In this document: positions 50,204 to 60,006 of the stretch, in pieces
Layout: the number at the start of each line of letters is the position of its first letter
Position numbering within the stretch: the stretch's first letter is position 1
NCBI GenBank assembly: GCA_017994915.1
Contig: JAGOJX010000002.1
Coordinates: forward strand, 851 to 64,850
Length of the DNA stretch: 64,000 nucleotides
Direction of reading: 5' to 3'
From: Methanoculleus sp.
GTDB lineage: Archaea > Halobacteriota > Methanomicrobia > Methanomicrobiales > Methanoculleaceae
Notes under the pieces: model-generated
What the model saw: the letters and a program-made list of their open reading frames with translations, nothing else
Database searches by the model: none
What the model was told of the DNA's origin: nothing
Position numbers and translations under genes: made by a program

Positions 50204-51739
50204 TCACCCGGGCGGCACAATCTTCCAGACTTTGCCGGTGCTGGTGGATGCATCCGGCCCTCCCGTGTCGTTTGTTACCACATACATGTCCCGGTTGATA
50301 TCCTCACCGAACCCGCGCACGAACATGCCCAGGAACTCATCTTTTTTGCCGGTGACTTTCAGTTTCTGCGCTCTCCACATGGTGTTTCCTTCCGGCGTCA
50401 GGCCTGAAGCGTCCATGGGCCGCTCACCCCCGGCCCCCTCTTCCGGGGGCGTGGCGACGAGGAGGATGCCGTTCCCCACAAGCCGGCTGTCGCCCCAGTA
50501 GCCGAATATGCACCTGCCCTGGAGCCCGGGGACGGAGGGCCCACGATAGAGGTAGCCGCCGACGATGACGAGGCCGAGGTCGTGGCCGCCCTCAAAGATG
50601 GGACCGATCAGCGGTTCGTCCCGGTATCCGGTCGTGCGGCAGCTCTCCGGGGGCTGGAGCGGTTTTTTTGTGTCAAAACAGTGCGTTCCCTCGTGAATGT
50701 TCCAGCCGTAGTTCCCGCCACGTACGATGATGTCCACCGACTCAAAGAGGTTCTGGCCGGCTTCGCCGACGAAGAGCGCGTTGTTGCCGCCGGAGTCAAA
50801 GGCCATGTAGGCGGGGTTTCGGAGCCCGTAGGCGTATATCTCGGGCGGGACCGTCTCGTAGGCGTAAGAGTCGAGGAGCTCGGGCTGGGTCTTTGCAAAC
50901 GGGTTGTCGGGCGGTATACCGTAGAGGCTGCCGGCAAACGTCGTCCATGTCGGCTCGGGCGGGCTCTCGGGCTGGTCGACGTTCACATCCCCGGTCGGGC
51001 TCTTCTGGGCCGGCACGCTTCCGGCGGTGGTGCCGTTCACATCGATCCGGAGGATCTTGCCGTAGATCTTCGTGAGATCCTGGGCGTTCCCGATGCCCGG
51101 GGTATGCCCGTTCCCGACGTCGTTTGCCTTCCCGCCGTCCCCGAGGGATATGTAGAGGTAGCCGTCGACGGGGCCGAAGACGAGCTGGCCGCCGTTGTGG
51201 TTCTCGTAGGGTTTGTCGATATACATCAGGACCTTCTCAGACGACATATCCACCCGGTTCGGGTCATCGGGGTCGACCCGGAACTCGGATATGTGGTTTG
51301 TGCAGCTCCAGCCTCCGGGCGCTTCCGGTCGTAAGGGTGCGCTGTAGAAGACGTAGAGCCGGCCGTTCTTCCTGTAATCGGGGTGGAACGCTATGGAGAG
51401 CAGGCCGCGTTCATCGTACTTCGGGCTGAGTTTCACGATGTTGTCCCGGAGGTCCAGGAACGGTTCGGGGAGCGTGGTCCCATCTGCATCGACGATCTTT
51501 GCGACCCCGATCTGGTCCACGGCAAAGAGTCGCCCGGTCCCATCGTCGGGTGAGGCGACCATCATGGGCGCGGTGTAGTTCTCGCTGACGAGTTCAAGGC
51601 CGATCTCGGCTTTAAAGCCGGGAACGGGTGCCAGATTCGTTAAAGATTTATTGCCCTTGAACGCCGCGGCACGCGGCGATCGGGCGTTCGAAAGATCCAT
51701 CTTCGTGAGACCTATTATGTTGCCGGTCATGCTCAACAA
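50204..51739 (-). CDS. GSDH-like propeller (paralog 3) without a signal peptide or fasciclin domain
   Basis: Highly similar to the 45066 core, with no hydrophobic N-terminus. Start uncertain (51739, 51730 or 51700). Confidence 0.85.
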   Translation of the reverse strand: MLSMTGNIIGLTKMDLSNARSPRAAAFKGNKSLTNLAPVPGFKAEIGLELVSENYTAPMMVASPDDGTGRLFAVDQIGVAKIVDADGTTLPEPFLDLRDNIVKLSPKYDERGLLSIAFHPDYRKNGRLYVFYSAPLRPEAPGGWSCTNHISEFRVDPDDPNRVDMSSEKVLMYIDKPYENHNGGQLVFGPVDGYLYISLGDGGKANDVGNGHTPGIGNAQDLTKIYGKILRIDVNGTTAGSVPAQKSPTGDVNVDQPESPPEPTWTTFAGSLYGIPPDNPFAKTQPELLDSYAYETVPPEIYAYGLRNPAYMAFDSGGNNALFVGEAGQNLFESVDIIVRGGNYGWNIHEGTHCFDTKKPLQPPESCRTTGYRDEPLIGPIFEGGHDLGLVIVGGYLYRGPSVPGLQGRCIFGYWGDSRLVGNGILLVATPPEEGAGGERPMDASGLTPEGNTMWRAQKLKVTGKKDEFLGMFVRGFGEDINRDMYVVTNDTGGPDASTSTGKVWKIVPPG

Positions 51740-51908
51740 CTCCTATCATCTGATCTTGAGGTTTCGTTACCACTACAGGGCTCAAGTCTCGCCCGCTGTT
51801 CGCCCGCGATGGGCGTGAGGGTCAGGGAAGATGCTCCGGCAGGGGTAACCTGTGCCATGCGGGGCAGGACATGGTATCAAGTATGATAAAGATTACCCCG
51901 AATTCCAT

Positions 51909-53534
51909 TCAGACGGATTCCTCATCCGTCGGGTGGTATGCCGTCACCTTCGCGACGTACCAGAAGACCGCCCACGAGAGTGCGAGCACGATCACCCATA
52001 CCCCGGCGATCACCGGCAGAGGGATGGGGGTTGCGTAAGCCTGGCCGCCCGGGACGGGGATGATCTGGTAGAACGTCCAGGGGGCGCGTGCCGCCTCCCG
52101 CACGAATCCCATGACGTTCACGATCGCCGTCCCGAGGATACCTGCCGTGAAGGCGGCAAGGAGCGAGCCACGGGTGAGGTATCCCCACTGCCCCTCTTTA
52201 TCTTCGCTCGTCAGGATGATGACGGCGAGCATGGCGATGGCGGCACCGATCGCCGCCATCACAAAGAGGGCGACGAACTTCAGCGGCATCCCCCCGATAG
52301 GGTTGATCCATGCTCCGGGGTCGTCGATGAAGAGCGCCCCGAGCCAGGCCGGCTGGACGAGGATGAACGCGGAGACGGCGGTCATGATCAGGAACCCTTT
52401 GAAGACTGTCCGGATGGTGCGGTTCTCGGGCCGGGAGAGGAGCTGGTCACGCCGGGTGAGGAAGTAGGTCCCGATGGCCAGGAAGAGACCGGAGAGGAGT
52501 GTCACCATCATGAGCATCGCCCAGGCCCGGGGGCCGTGCATGATCATCATGAAGGCGGACGGCACGTTATCCTGGATAGCGCCCATGTACATCTGCCCGA
52601 GGACGGGCTGCATGATCAGCCCTGCAAGCCCCCAGGCTATCCCGTAGGCGGCCACCCAGTCCCACTGTTTCTTCGCCGCAAAGTCTTTCTGGTCGATGTA
52701 GTGGATGGTCGCAAGGGTTGCGATCAAAAACCCGAAGAAGGCGACGGCGGCGGCGACCCGGTGGAAGGTGAGTTCCCAGAGGGTCGGATTGAACCAGAGC
52801 GCCATCGCCTGATCGAGCGTCATCGGGAGCAGCCCGGACTCTGTGAAGGAGAACGCCTTCACCCCCGGCGTCAGCATACCGGCGGCGAGCGTATCGATGG
52901 TGATGGTCTGGATAAAGACGCTGATTGCGTAGCCGAACCCGAGCGCGAGGTGCACGCCCGGCCTGAACCGGTCCCAGGCAAACCAGAAGACAAAGAGCAG
53001 GGTGATGACGACCCCGTAGAGGAGGAAGTAGATGAAGACCGGCCACCAGTAGAGATGAAAGATGTTCATGGCGAGGTCGGGAAAGAGTGCGATGATGGCC
53101 ATCATACCGCCGGCCGCAAACGTCGACCCCGCCGAGAAGAGGATGAGCGTAAAGAGCGTGAGCGACCGGGCCAGGTTCCTGTAGCGCATGCGCTGGTAAC
53201 GGAAGTAGAGGAGTGCCGTGGCCACGATGATCCAGGCGCCCCCGACCTGCAGGTTGGCAAAGACGATATGGGTCAGCATGGCAAACGCTATGACGGCGGA
53301 ACGGCTTACGTCCCCGACACCCTGGACGGGTATATTGGATGTGGCGTAACTCGCGTTGCTCTCGCTGAGGTTATCGGCAAAGATGGCTGTGGAGGAGATC
53401 TCGCCGCCCTGAAGCGGGACGATGACGACCGCAAGAAAGATAAGGTAGGCTATGATCGCTATGATGACTGCGGATATGAGGGAGAGCCTCTTTCCGGATT
53501 TCTCTTCCACCATCCTTGTTTCACGCGCAACCAT
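51909..53534 (-). CDS. Cytochrome bd oxidase subunit I (CydA)-like membrane protein B
   Basis: MLTHIVFA (His19-like), TFHRVAAA (His186-like), GFVREAARAPW (Glu445/Arg448-like); multi-TM. Confidence 0.78.
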   Translation of the reverse strand: MVARETRMVEEKSGKRLSLISAVIIAIIAYLIFLAVVIVPLQGGEISSTAIFADNLSESNASYATSNIPVQGVGDVSRSAVIAFAMLTHIVFANLQVGGAWIIVATALLYFRYQRMRYRNLARSLTLFTLILFSAGSTFAAGGMMAIIALFPDLAMNIFHLYWWPVFIYFLLYGVVITLLFVFWFAWDRFRPGVHLALGFGYAISVFIQTITIDTLAAGMLTPGVKAFSFTESGLLPMTLDQAMALWFNPTLWELTFHRVAAAVAFFGFLIATLATIHYIDQKDFAAKKQWDWVAAYGIAWGLAGLIMQPVLGQMYMGAIQDNVPSAFMMIMHGPRAWAMLMMVTLLSGLFLAIGTYFLTRRDQLLSRPENRTIRTVFKGFLIMTAVSAFILVQPAWLGALFIDDPGAWINPIGGMPLKFVALFVMAAIGAAIAMLAVIILTSEDKEGQWGYLTRGSLLAAFTAGILGTAIVNVMGFVREAARAPWTFYQIIPVPGGQAYATPIPLPVIAGVWVIVLALSWAVFWYVAKVTAYHPTDEESV

Positions 53535-53547
53535 CTCTGTACCTCCT

Positions 53548-53673
53548 CTAAATCGGCGGGGGGGGAAGTTTCGTGAACCCGAAGTGCCAGAATACGTAGA
53601 TCGCGATCCCGATGTAGATCGCGATCGCGATCCACATGGCGTAGGTCAGCCTCCGGCTCCGATTTCGGTTCAT
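53548..53673 (-). CDS. Unannotated 41-aa single-TM protein (possible small oxidase subunit)
   Basis: MNRNRSRRLTYAMWIAIAIYIGIAIYVFWHFGFTKLPPPPI*. RBS ggaggaggt, ATGA overlap with the upstream cydA-like gene, and its stop abuts the next RBS. Confidence 0.75.
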   Translation of the reverse strand: MNRNRSRRLTYAMWIAIAIYIGIAIYVFWHFGFTKLPPPPI

Positions 53674-55307
53674 ACCTCCTCCTCCCGCTCCGGATGATAG
53701 GACGTCACCCTTGATGTGAACCAGAAGACCGCAAAAGCCAGCCCGAGGCCGATCATCCAGACCACAAAGATCTGGAACGGCGGCACCGGCGTCGGATAGG
53801 TCTGCCCCCCGGGCACGGGAATGATGTTATAAAACAACCATGGGGAGCGCGCCGACTCCCGGACATACCCCATGATGATGACGATCCATGAACCGAGCAC
53901 CCCGGCGATGAGTGCCGCCATCCACGACGCCCGGGAGAGGTTGCCCCACTCCTTATCCCGGTGCTCGCGGAGCACCAGGAGATCGATGCCGATGATGATC
54001 GTCCCGATGGCTACCAGGACGAGGATGGCGATGTGCTTGTAGTACATGAGCCCGAGCGGATTTGCCCAGGTCCCGGGATCGAACTGCATGATCCCCCCAA
54101 GCCACGCCGGCTGGACGAGGACGAGCCCCGCCACCGCGGCGACGATGGCAAATGCCCGGAAGAGATTTCGGATATCGTGCCGTCCGAGCCGGACGAGGAG
54201 GCGCTCCCGCCGCTCGATGAAGTAGACCGAGACGGTGACGATGAGGAGCGAGAGCAGGCCGATCATCATGAGCATCTCCCACGCCCGTGGTCCGGTCATG
54301 ATGTTGGTGAAGGCCTGGTTCTGGTGTGAAAATATCGAGTACATATACCACAGGCCGAGGAGAGGTTGGGCGACGAGGCCGACCAGCCCCCAGAGGATGC
54401 CGAACGAGCCTGCCCAGTCCCAGTACTTCTTCGACGGCGGATCGGTCCGGTCGCGGAAGTGGAGCATCGCAAGAAGCGCGATCAGGAACCCGAAGTAGGA
54501 GACTGCAGCAGCGACCCGGTGGAACTGGAGCGGCCAGAGCGTGGGATTGAACCACCATTGCAGGTAGTCGATCCAGGGCATGCCGAGGAGACCGGGCGCC
54601 CCCCAGGTGATCGTCTTCTCACCCGGCGTCAGCATCCCCGAGACAAAAGTATCGATCGCGAGAGTCTGAAAGTAGATCGAGAGTGCGTAGCCGACGGCAA
54701 GGAAGACGTGCCAGGCGCCCCTGATTCTCCCCCAGGTGAACCAGAGGGTGTAGACGAAGAAGATCTCGATCCCGAAGAGGATCGCCTCAACGAGGAGCGG
54801 CCACCAGTATATGTGGAACCCCTGTGTGGCAAACGTCGGATAGAGCGATATGAAGAAGAGGACCCCGGCCGCCGCGAACGTCGCCCCGGCCGAGAAGAGG
54901 ATGACGTTGAAGAGCGCTAACGACATTCCGAGACGGGCATATCGTTCTTTTCTGAAGGCGAGGTCGAGGACGACGAGCGAGAGGAGCACCCATGCGCCCC
55001 CGAGGTGCAGGTTCGCAAAGAGGATATGAGTGAGCATCACGAATGCGATGAAGATCGACCGGCCGGAGGCCCCGAGGTCGACCTCCTGGATCGGCATCTG
55101 CGCCTCGAATTGGGGATCCGCTCCCAGGAGATCATCAGCCCGTATCGCCGTAGAGGATATGAACCCGCCCTGCAGGGGTATGATATAACCGTAGAGGACG
55201 ATGATGAAGATCGCAAGCGCGGCCAGGATCCCGACGATCTTCCTGGTATCGCCCCTTGAGTCATGCTCATCAGGTGCCGATGATGCTCCCCCGGCCGGCG
55301 TGGTCAT
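53670..55307 (-). CDS. Cytochrome bd oxidase subunit I (CydA)-like membrane protein A
   Basis: MLTHILFA, PLLVEAILFGIE (Glu99/Glu107-like), QFHRVAAA, GYVRESARSPW. Confidence 0.8.
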   Translation of the reverse strand: MTTPAGGASSAPDEHDSRGDTRKIVGILAALAIFIIVLYGYIIPLQGGFISSTAIRADDLLGADPQFEAQMPIQEVDLGASGRSIFIAFVMLTHILFANLHLGGAWVLLSLVVLDLAFRKERYARLGMSLALFNVILFSAGATFAAAGVLFFISLYPTFATQGFHIYWWPLLVEAILFGIEIFFVYTLWFTWGRIRGAWHVFLAVGYALSIYFQTLAIDTFVSGMLTPGEKTITWGAPGLLGMPWIDYLQWWFNPTLWPLQFHRVAAAVSYFGFLIALLAMLHFRDRTDPPSKKYWDWAGSFGILWGLVGLVAQPLLGLWYMYSIFSHQNQAFTNIMTGPRAWEMLMMIGLLSLLIVTVSVYFIERRERLLVRLGRHDIRNLFRAFAIVAAVAGLVLVQPAWLGGIMQFDPGTWANPLGLMYYKHIAILVLVAIGTIIIGIDLLVLREHRDKEWGNLSRASWMAALIAGVLGSWIVIIMGYVRESARSPWLFYNIIPVPGGQTYPTPVPPFQIFVVWMIGLGLAFAVFWFTSRVTSYHPEREEEV

Positions 55308-55411
55308 CCCCCCCGAGCCCGGGCATGGGGCTCACCCCATATAAACGTTATGCCGGGCGACACCGGGGGCGAAGAAGGGGGAGATCCGGGGATCTCCCGC
55401 CGGTGTGCGTA

Positions 55412-55520
55412 TCACTGCACGACGAGATCGTCTTTCATCTCTTCGGGGTGGACGCCGCAGCGGAAGCAGTAGGTACCGGGTTTATCGGGTGCGATGAAGG
55501 TGTAGGTGGTCGTCGCCGGG
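55412..55520 (-). pseudogene. 3' fragment of a cupredoxin gene
   Basis: PATTTYTFIAPDKPGTYCFRCGVHPEEMKDDLVVQ*, a degenerate copy of the end of 55665..56267. No in-frame start before the upstream stop. Confidence 0.7.
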
Positions 55521-55664
55521 ACTTCCGGCTGCGAGGAAGGGGCATCCCGGCAACTGCCGGGGATACTATCAGGAATAGCAGGGGTTTCACGGCGGCCCCC
55601 GATCGGATCAGGCGGTCATAACGGTTACCGGAAGCGGAGATGGGAAAAAGAGTGGGTGGATTGA

Positions 55665-56267
55665 TCACTGCACGACGAAGTCCCCGTTCATCTGCTCGGG
55701 GTGGACGTCGCAGCGGAAGTAGTAAGTACCGGCCTCATCAGGCGCGGTGAAGGTGTAGGTGGTCGTTGCCGGGCCGGTGATGGTGTCGCCCTTGAATATG
55801 CTCTGGCTCGCAGAGGAGTCGGTGTAGACCGCGAAGTTGTGCGGGATGCCCGAGTCCTGGTTGTCGAAGTTCACCGTTACTTCCGCCCCCGCCGGCACCG
55901 TGATGGTGCTCTTGTCGAAGGCGATGTTCTGGGCGGTGAGGTCAACAGTCGCAGTCCCGCCGCCAGCCGCAGTGGTCGCTCCTGTTGTGGCGTTTGTTGC
56001 CGCTGTGGTTGTGGTCGCCGCCGTCGTCTCTGTAGTCGTCGGTGTCTCGGCGGCGGTTGTCGCCGTAGCCGCCGGTGTCTCAGCGGTGGTTGTCCCTGTA
56101 GCCGCTGGTGTCTCAGCGACGGTCGTCGCTGTGACTGCTGGTGTCTCGGTCCCGGTCGGGGGAGCCGTCGGCTGGGTGACATTCTCACCCGGCGTGGTGC
56201 ACCCCGCGGCCAGAACTCCGGCGCTCACGACAAGGAGCGCTACGATGAGGATTACGTTAGGCCTCAT
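55665..56267 (-). CDS. Blue-copper (cupredoxin/halocyanin-like) lipoprotein
   Basis: Lipobox VLAAGC, T/A-rich stalk, type-1 Cu ligands PHNF...CDVHPEQM. Confidence 0.88.
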   Translation of the reverse strand: MRPNVILIVALLVVSAGVLAAGCTTPGENVTQPTAPPTGTETPAVTATTVAETPAATGTTTAETPAATATTAAETPTTTETTAATTTTAATNATTGATTAAGGGTATVDLTAQNIAFDKSTITVPAGAEVTVNFDNQDSGIPHNFAVYTDSSASQSIFKGDTITGPATTTYTFTAPDEAGTYYFRCDVHPEQMNGDFVVQ

Positions 56268-56316
56268 GGGAGAGACCATAACGCACCCGATATTTAAATA
56301 TTGCCCTCCCCCGGGC

Positions 56317-57471
56317 TCACCCGTGCCGGAGGCAGAGCGGGTCGCCGCTGTTGAGATCGCCGTATCGGACGTAGGCCCGGACCCGGCACCCGGTACCGCA
56401 GACCTCCTGCCGGTCGCAGGTGCTGCACGGGCTCCCGGGACGTGCCTCGCCCTCCCGGAACGCCGTAAGCACCTGGTTGCCGGGGTCGCTCCATATCTCG
56501 CTAAACGGCCGGTCTCGTATGTTGCCCGCGAGAAACTCCCGGAATTGCGCAAACTGGCAGGGGTAGACGTTCCCGGAGGGGTCGATATTCGCCACCCGCC
56601 TCCCGGCGCTGCATCCGCCCATGCGGGCAAGGAGGCGGTATGTCCGGTCGTATGCCGGATGCGCATCCGCTTTCAGCATCTCAAGCAGGCAGACGCCGTC
56701 CTGGGGAGCATCGACGGTCAGGAACTCCATCGCCGCCGGATCGGTCCTGAGGGTCTCGCGGTAGATCAGATCGATGACTCCCTGCACCTCCCCTGGCCCG
56801 ACCTGCAGGTCGGCGTGTGCATCGCCCCCCCGCCCGCTCGGGACGAGCCAGTAGACGCAGAACCGGTGCACCCCGATCGACCGGGCAAGCGCGATCAGGC
56901 GCCCGAGTTCACTGTGGTTCCTCTTCGTGACCGTGAACCGGACGCCGCACCGGAGGCCCGCATCGATGCAGTACTTCAGCGCCTGCACCGAACGGTCGAA
57001 ACTTCCCACCACTCCCCGGAACAGGTCGTGGGTTGCCGCCGTCGCGCCGTCGAGGGATATACCGGCATACCCAATCCCGGCATCCCGGAGCCTTCGGGCG
57101 ACGGTTGGTGTGATCAGTGTCCCGTTGGTGCTCAGGACCACGGGGATGCCGCGCTCTTGAGCGTGCGCCGCGAGGCTCCAGAAGTCTTCCCGCATCAGCG
57201 GTTCCCCGCCGGAGAAGAGGAGGAGCGGGACGTTCGCCGCAGCAAGGTCGTCGATGAGAGATTTTGCCTCGCCTGTCGTCAGTTCATCCTCCCGCCGCCG
57301 GCGGGGCCCGGACCGGAGGTAGCAGTGCGTACAGGCGAGGTTGCACCGCGATGTGATGTTCCAGAAGACCACCGGTCCGCGGCGCCCCTCCTCAAACGCA
57401 AGGTGGCTATGCTTCGCCGCCGGGCCGCTGACCGGCCCTTCCCCGTGTATGAGGTGCGTGAACCGGATCAC
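56317..57471 (-). CDS. ahbC: AhbC (NirJ1-type) radical SAM, alternative heme biosynthesis
   Basis: PVVFWNIT.RCNLACTHCY, RFCVYWLVPSGRG, LTVD...DG, CSAGRRVANID; in an operon with ahbAB and ahbD. Confidence 0.85.
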   Translation of the reverse strand: MIRFTHLIHGEGPVSGPAAKHSHLAFEEGRRGPVVFWNITSRCNLACTHCYLRSGPRRRREDELTTGEAKSLIDDLAAANVPLLLFSGGEPLMREDFWSLAAHAQERGIPVVLSTNGTLITPTVARRLRDAGIGYAGISLDGATAATHDLFRGVVGSFDRSVQALKYCIDAGLRCGVRFTVTKRNHSELGRLIALARSIGVHRFCVYWLVPSGRGGDAHADLQVGPGEVQGVIDLIYRETLRTDPAAMEFLTVDAPQDGVCLLEMLKADAHPAYDRTYRLLARMGGCSAGRRVANIDPSGNVYPCQFAQFREFLAGNIRDRPFSEIWSDPGNQVLTAFREGEARPGSPCSTCDRQEVCGTGCRVRAYVRYGDLNSGDPLCLRHG

Positions 57472-57951
57472 TCATCTCCCCTCCTTTGCGAGGAGCGCTA
57501 ACCCCGGGGGTGTGCGTTTCAGCTCCCGGGTGCTGACGAGGACTGCGCAGTCATCGATGCCGGCCGCCCGGGAGAGGCGGGCAATGGAGCGGTCGACCCC
57601 GGCGCGACGCCGGCCGTGCAGGACGGCGTAGAGGTTGTAATCCCACCGCCCGGGAACAGTGGCTCGTTCGTAGCAGTGCGTCACCTCCGGGGACCGGGCC
57701 ATGATCTCTGCTACCTGCATCATATCCCCGGGCGGCACCCGCCATACGACCATCGCGTTGACCCGGATGCCGGCTCTCCGGTGGTCAAGCCGCACCGCGA
57801 ATCGCCGGATGATGCCCTGCGAGAGAAGGGATTCAATCCGGGCGATCACCTCCGCCTCCGTCACGCCGAGTTCCTCCGCGATCGCCCGGTAGGGCTCCTC
57901 CACCAGCGGGACGCCCGAGAGAAGCCTGATGAGGAGGGTGCGGTCGTTCAT
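57472..57951 (-). CDS. ahbB: Siroheme decarboxylase subunit AhbB
   Basis: Lrp-like; HRRAGIRVNAMVVW, VTHCYER, YNLYAVLHG. Confidence 0.87.
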   Translation of the reverse strand: MNDRTLLIRLLSGVPLVEEPYRAIAEELGVTEAEVIARIESLLSQGIIRRFAVRLDHRRAGIRVNAMVVWRVPPGDMMQVAEIMARSPEVTHCYERATVPGRWDYNLYAVLHGRRRAGVDRSIARLSRAAGIDDCAVLVSTRELKRTPPGLALLAKEGR

Positions 57952-58448
57952 ATGCCGCCCTCCCCGTCGCCGTCCGGGAAGAACCGGAACCGGACGCCTA
58001 TCTTGAACCGCCGCACCGCCGGCAGGTCGAGGAGATCGGCCGGGGGGACGCCGGCCCGGGCGGCGATATCTTCCACCGTCCGGCGCAGGGCGGCGCTGTC
58101 CGGCGCGGCGAGCGTGAACCAGAGGTTGTAGTCGTGGTCACGGAGGTAGTTGTGCGAGACACCGGGTTCCCGGTTGACGATCGATGCGCATCGCTCCACC
58201 CGGTCCGCCGGCACCCGCATGCCGATGAGCGTGGAGGCCACGGGGCCGATCCGCGCCGACTCAATGACCGGCGAGACGGTCAGGACGATACCTTCATCGG
58301 CGAGACGGCGCACCCGCCGGAGCACCTCGCCCTCCGGTATGCCAAGACGCCTCCCGATCACGTGCCACGGCCGCGGTGCCAGGGGGAAGGTATCCTGCAG
58401 TATCTCGAGGAGTTGTCGGTCAAGGATGTCCAGGTGCCGGTCAGTCAT
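57948..58448 (-). CDS. ahbA: Siroheme decarboxylase subunit AhbA
   Basis: LQDTFPL..RP, STLIG, VSHNYLRDHDYNLWFT. Confidence 0.87.
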   Translation of the reverse strand: MTDRHLDILDRQLLEILQDTFPLAPRPWHVIGRRLGIPEGEVLRRVRRLADEGIVLTVSPVIESARIGPVASTLIGMRVPADRVERCASIVNREPGVSHNYLRDHDYNLWFTLAAPDSAALRRTVEDIAARAGVPPADLLDLPAVRRFKIGVRFRFFPDGDGEGGI

Positions 58449-59526
58449 GCGTTATCTCTCCGGGTTCGTAGGGGCAGCAGGGGTCTTCCGCCAGTATATC
58501 GCCGTCCGGGTCGCCGGGGCGCACCGGGCCGCCGCAGGCATCGCCGCGCCGGTGCCTGACCCCGTAAGCCCGTGCACGGCATCCGCCGCAGGCCCGGCGG
58601 TACTCGCATTGCCCGCACTTCCCCCCGAGGCTGTCGGGGTCGCGGAGGGCGGCGAAGATCTCGGAGCCGTGCCAGATATCGCTGAAAGCCTCTCTTCGGA
58701 TGTTTCCAACCGGGACGGGCAGGTATGGGCAGGGCGTCACATCTCCGACCGGGGTGATCCGGCAGTATGCGGTGCCGGCGATGCATCCCCTGCCCCACTG
58801 CGAGAGGTCAAGCCCCATCCGGGCGGCGACCCGGACAAACTGCGGGGCGCATGTCGGCCGGACCGAGAACCCCGGTTCCCGGGCGTGGGCGAGGATGCGC
58901 CCGATAACCGCCTCGTGAACCTCCGGGGGGAGGTCGGCGAGGTCCTCTCCCCGGCCCGTCGGGACAGGGAAGAAGAACTGGTAGTCGCGGACGCCGTGAC
59001 TCTTCCCAAACGCGATGATCCTGTCGATCTCGCCGATGTCAGGTTCACCGATCGTCGTGTGGATCTGGACCGGAACCCCCGCCCTCCGGAGAGCCCGGAT
59101 GCCGTTGACGGCCTTCTCCCAGGCGCCACTGACGCCCCTGAAGGCGTCGTGGACCCCCGGGTCCGTAGAGTCGATGCTGACCGCCACCTTCCGGATGCCG
59201 GTATCGCTCAACCGTTCTGCAACGGCATCGGTGACGAGGATGCCGTTCGTGCCCATGGCGACGCGAAGCCCGCGCCCGGCGGCATACCGGGCAAGGTCGA
59301 AGATGTCGGGGCGGAGGAGCGGTTCACCCCCGCTGAGGACCAGGATCGGCCGGCCGACGGCGGCGATCTGGTCGATCAGGGCCATGCCTTCGGCGGTGTC
59401 GAGTTCGCCGGGGGAGCCCTCGCCGTCCGCGTCGATGTAGCAGTGGGCGCAGGCGAGGTTGCACCGGGCCGTGACGTTCCAGGAGACGATGCGCGGTCCG
59501 CCGCCGGCATCCAGGACTCTCTCCAT
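58441..59526 (-). CDS. ahbD: AhbD (NirJ2-type) heme synthase, radical SAM/SPASM
   Basis: PRIVSWNVTARCNLACAHCY, VPTGRG, PTCAPQFVR, GCIAG..TPCPYL, GKCGQCE..CGGCRARA. Confidence 0.85.
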   Translation of the reverse strand: MERVLDAGGGPRIVSWNVTARCNLACAHCYIDADGEGSPGELDTAEGMALIDQIAAVGRPILVLSGGEPLLRPDIFDLARYAAGRGLRVAMGTNGILVTDAVAERLSDTGIRKVAVSIDSTDPGVHDAFRGVSGAWEKAVNGIRALRRAGVPVQIHTTIGEPDIGEIDRIIAFGKSHGVRDYQFFFPVPTGRGEDLADLPPEVHEAVIGRILAHAREPGFSVRPTCAPQFVRVAARMGLDLSQWGRGCIAGTAYCRITPVGDVTPCPYLPVPVGNIRREAFSDIWHGSEIFAALRDPDSLGGKCGQCEYRRACGGCRARAYGVRHRRGDACGGPVRPGDPDGDILAEDPCCPYEPGEITHD

Positions 59527-59897
59527 CACCCTGCCCCCCCCTCCCTGTGCGAGAAGAGGGCGAGGAGTCCGGCAAAGAGCGCGATCAGGTCGAAGGGCGG
59601 GAGGATGCTTGCGACAAGGGCATACCGCCCGGCCTTCCGGAGGTCGCCCCGGGCGATCGTCAGGTATGCTGCAAGACCAAACACGGTTCCGGCGGCCTTG
59701 ACTGCGGCAAGGAGAAGCGCCCCCGTCGTGGATATGCCGGAGGGGCCGGCCTTTCCCGGAATGCCGCCCGTGCCGATAACGAGGAGCGTCACCACCACCA
59801 GGAACCCGAAGACCACCGATACGGTGATGAGGATTCGGGCGATCTTCACCTCTTTTTTCGTGCCTACCATGCCGGGCAGTTCCCCTGTCGTGACCAT
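59526..59897 (-). CDS. Small membrane protein (about 3 TM) heading the ahb operon
   Basis: Hydrophobic segments; stop overlaps the ahbD start. Confidence 0.7.
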   Translation of the reverse strand: MVTTGELPGMVGTKKEVKIARILITVSVVFGFLVVVTLLVIGTGGIPGKAGPSGISTTGALLLAAVKAAGTVFGLAAYLTIARGDLRKAGRYALVASILPPFDLIALFAGLLALFSHREGGAG

Positions 59898-60006
59898 TAA
59901 CCTTTCCCCGGCCGGTTGAGTGATCGGGATGGTTGTTCGTTACCAAAAACCCCGGCCTGAAGGGAGGAGAGATGGGGCAGTTAGCCCCTTTTTCACATGC
60001 CGACCA

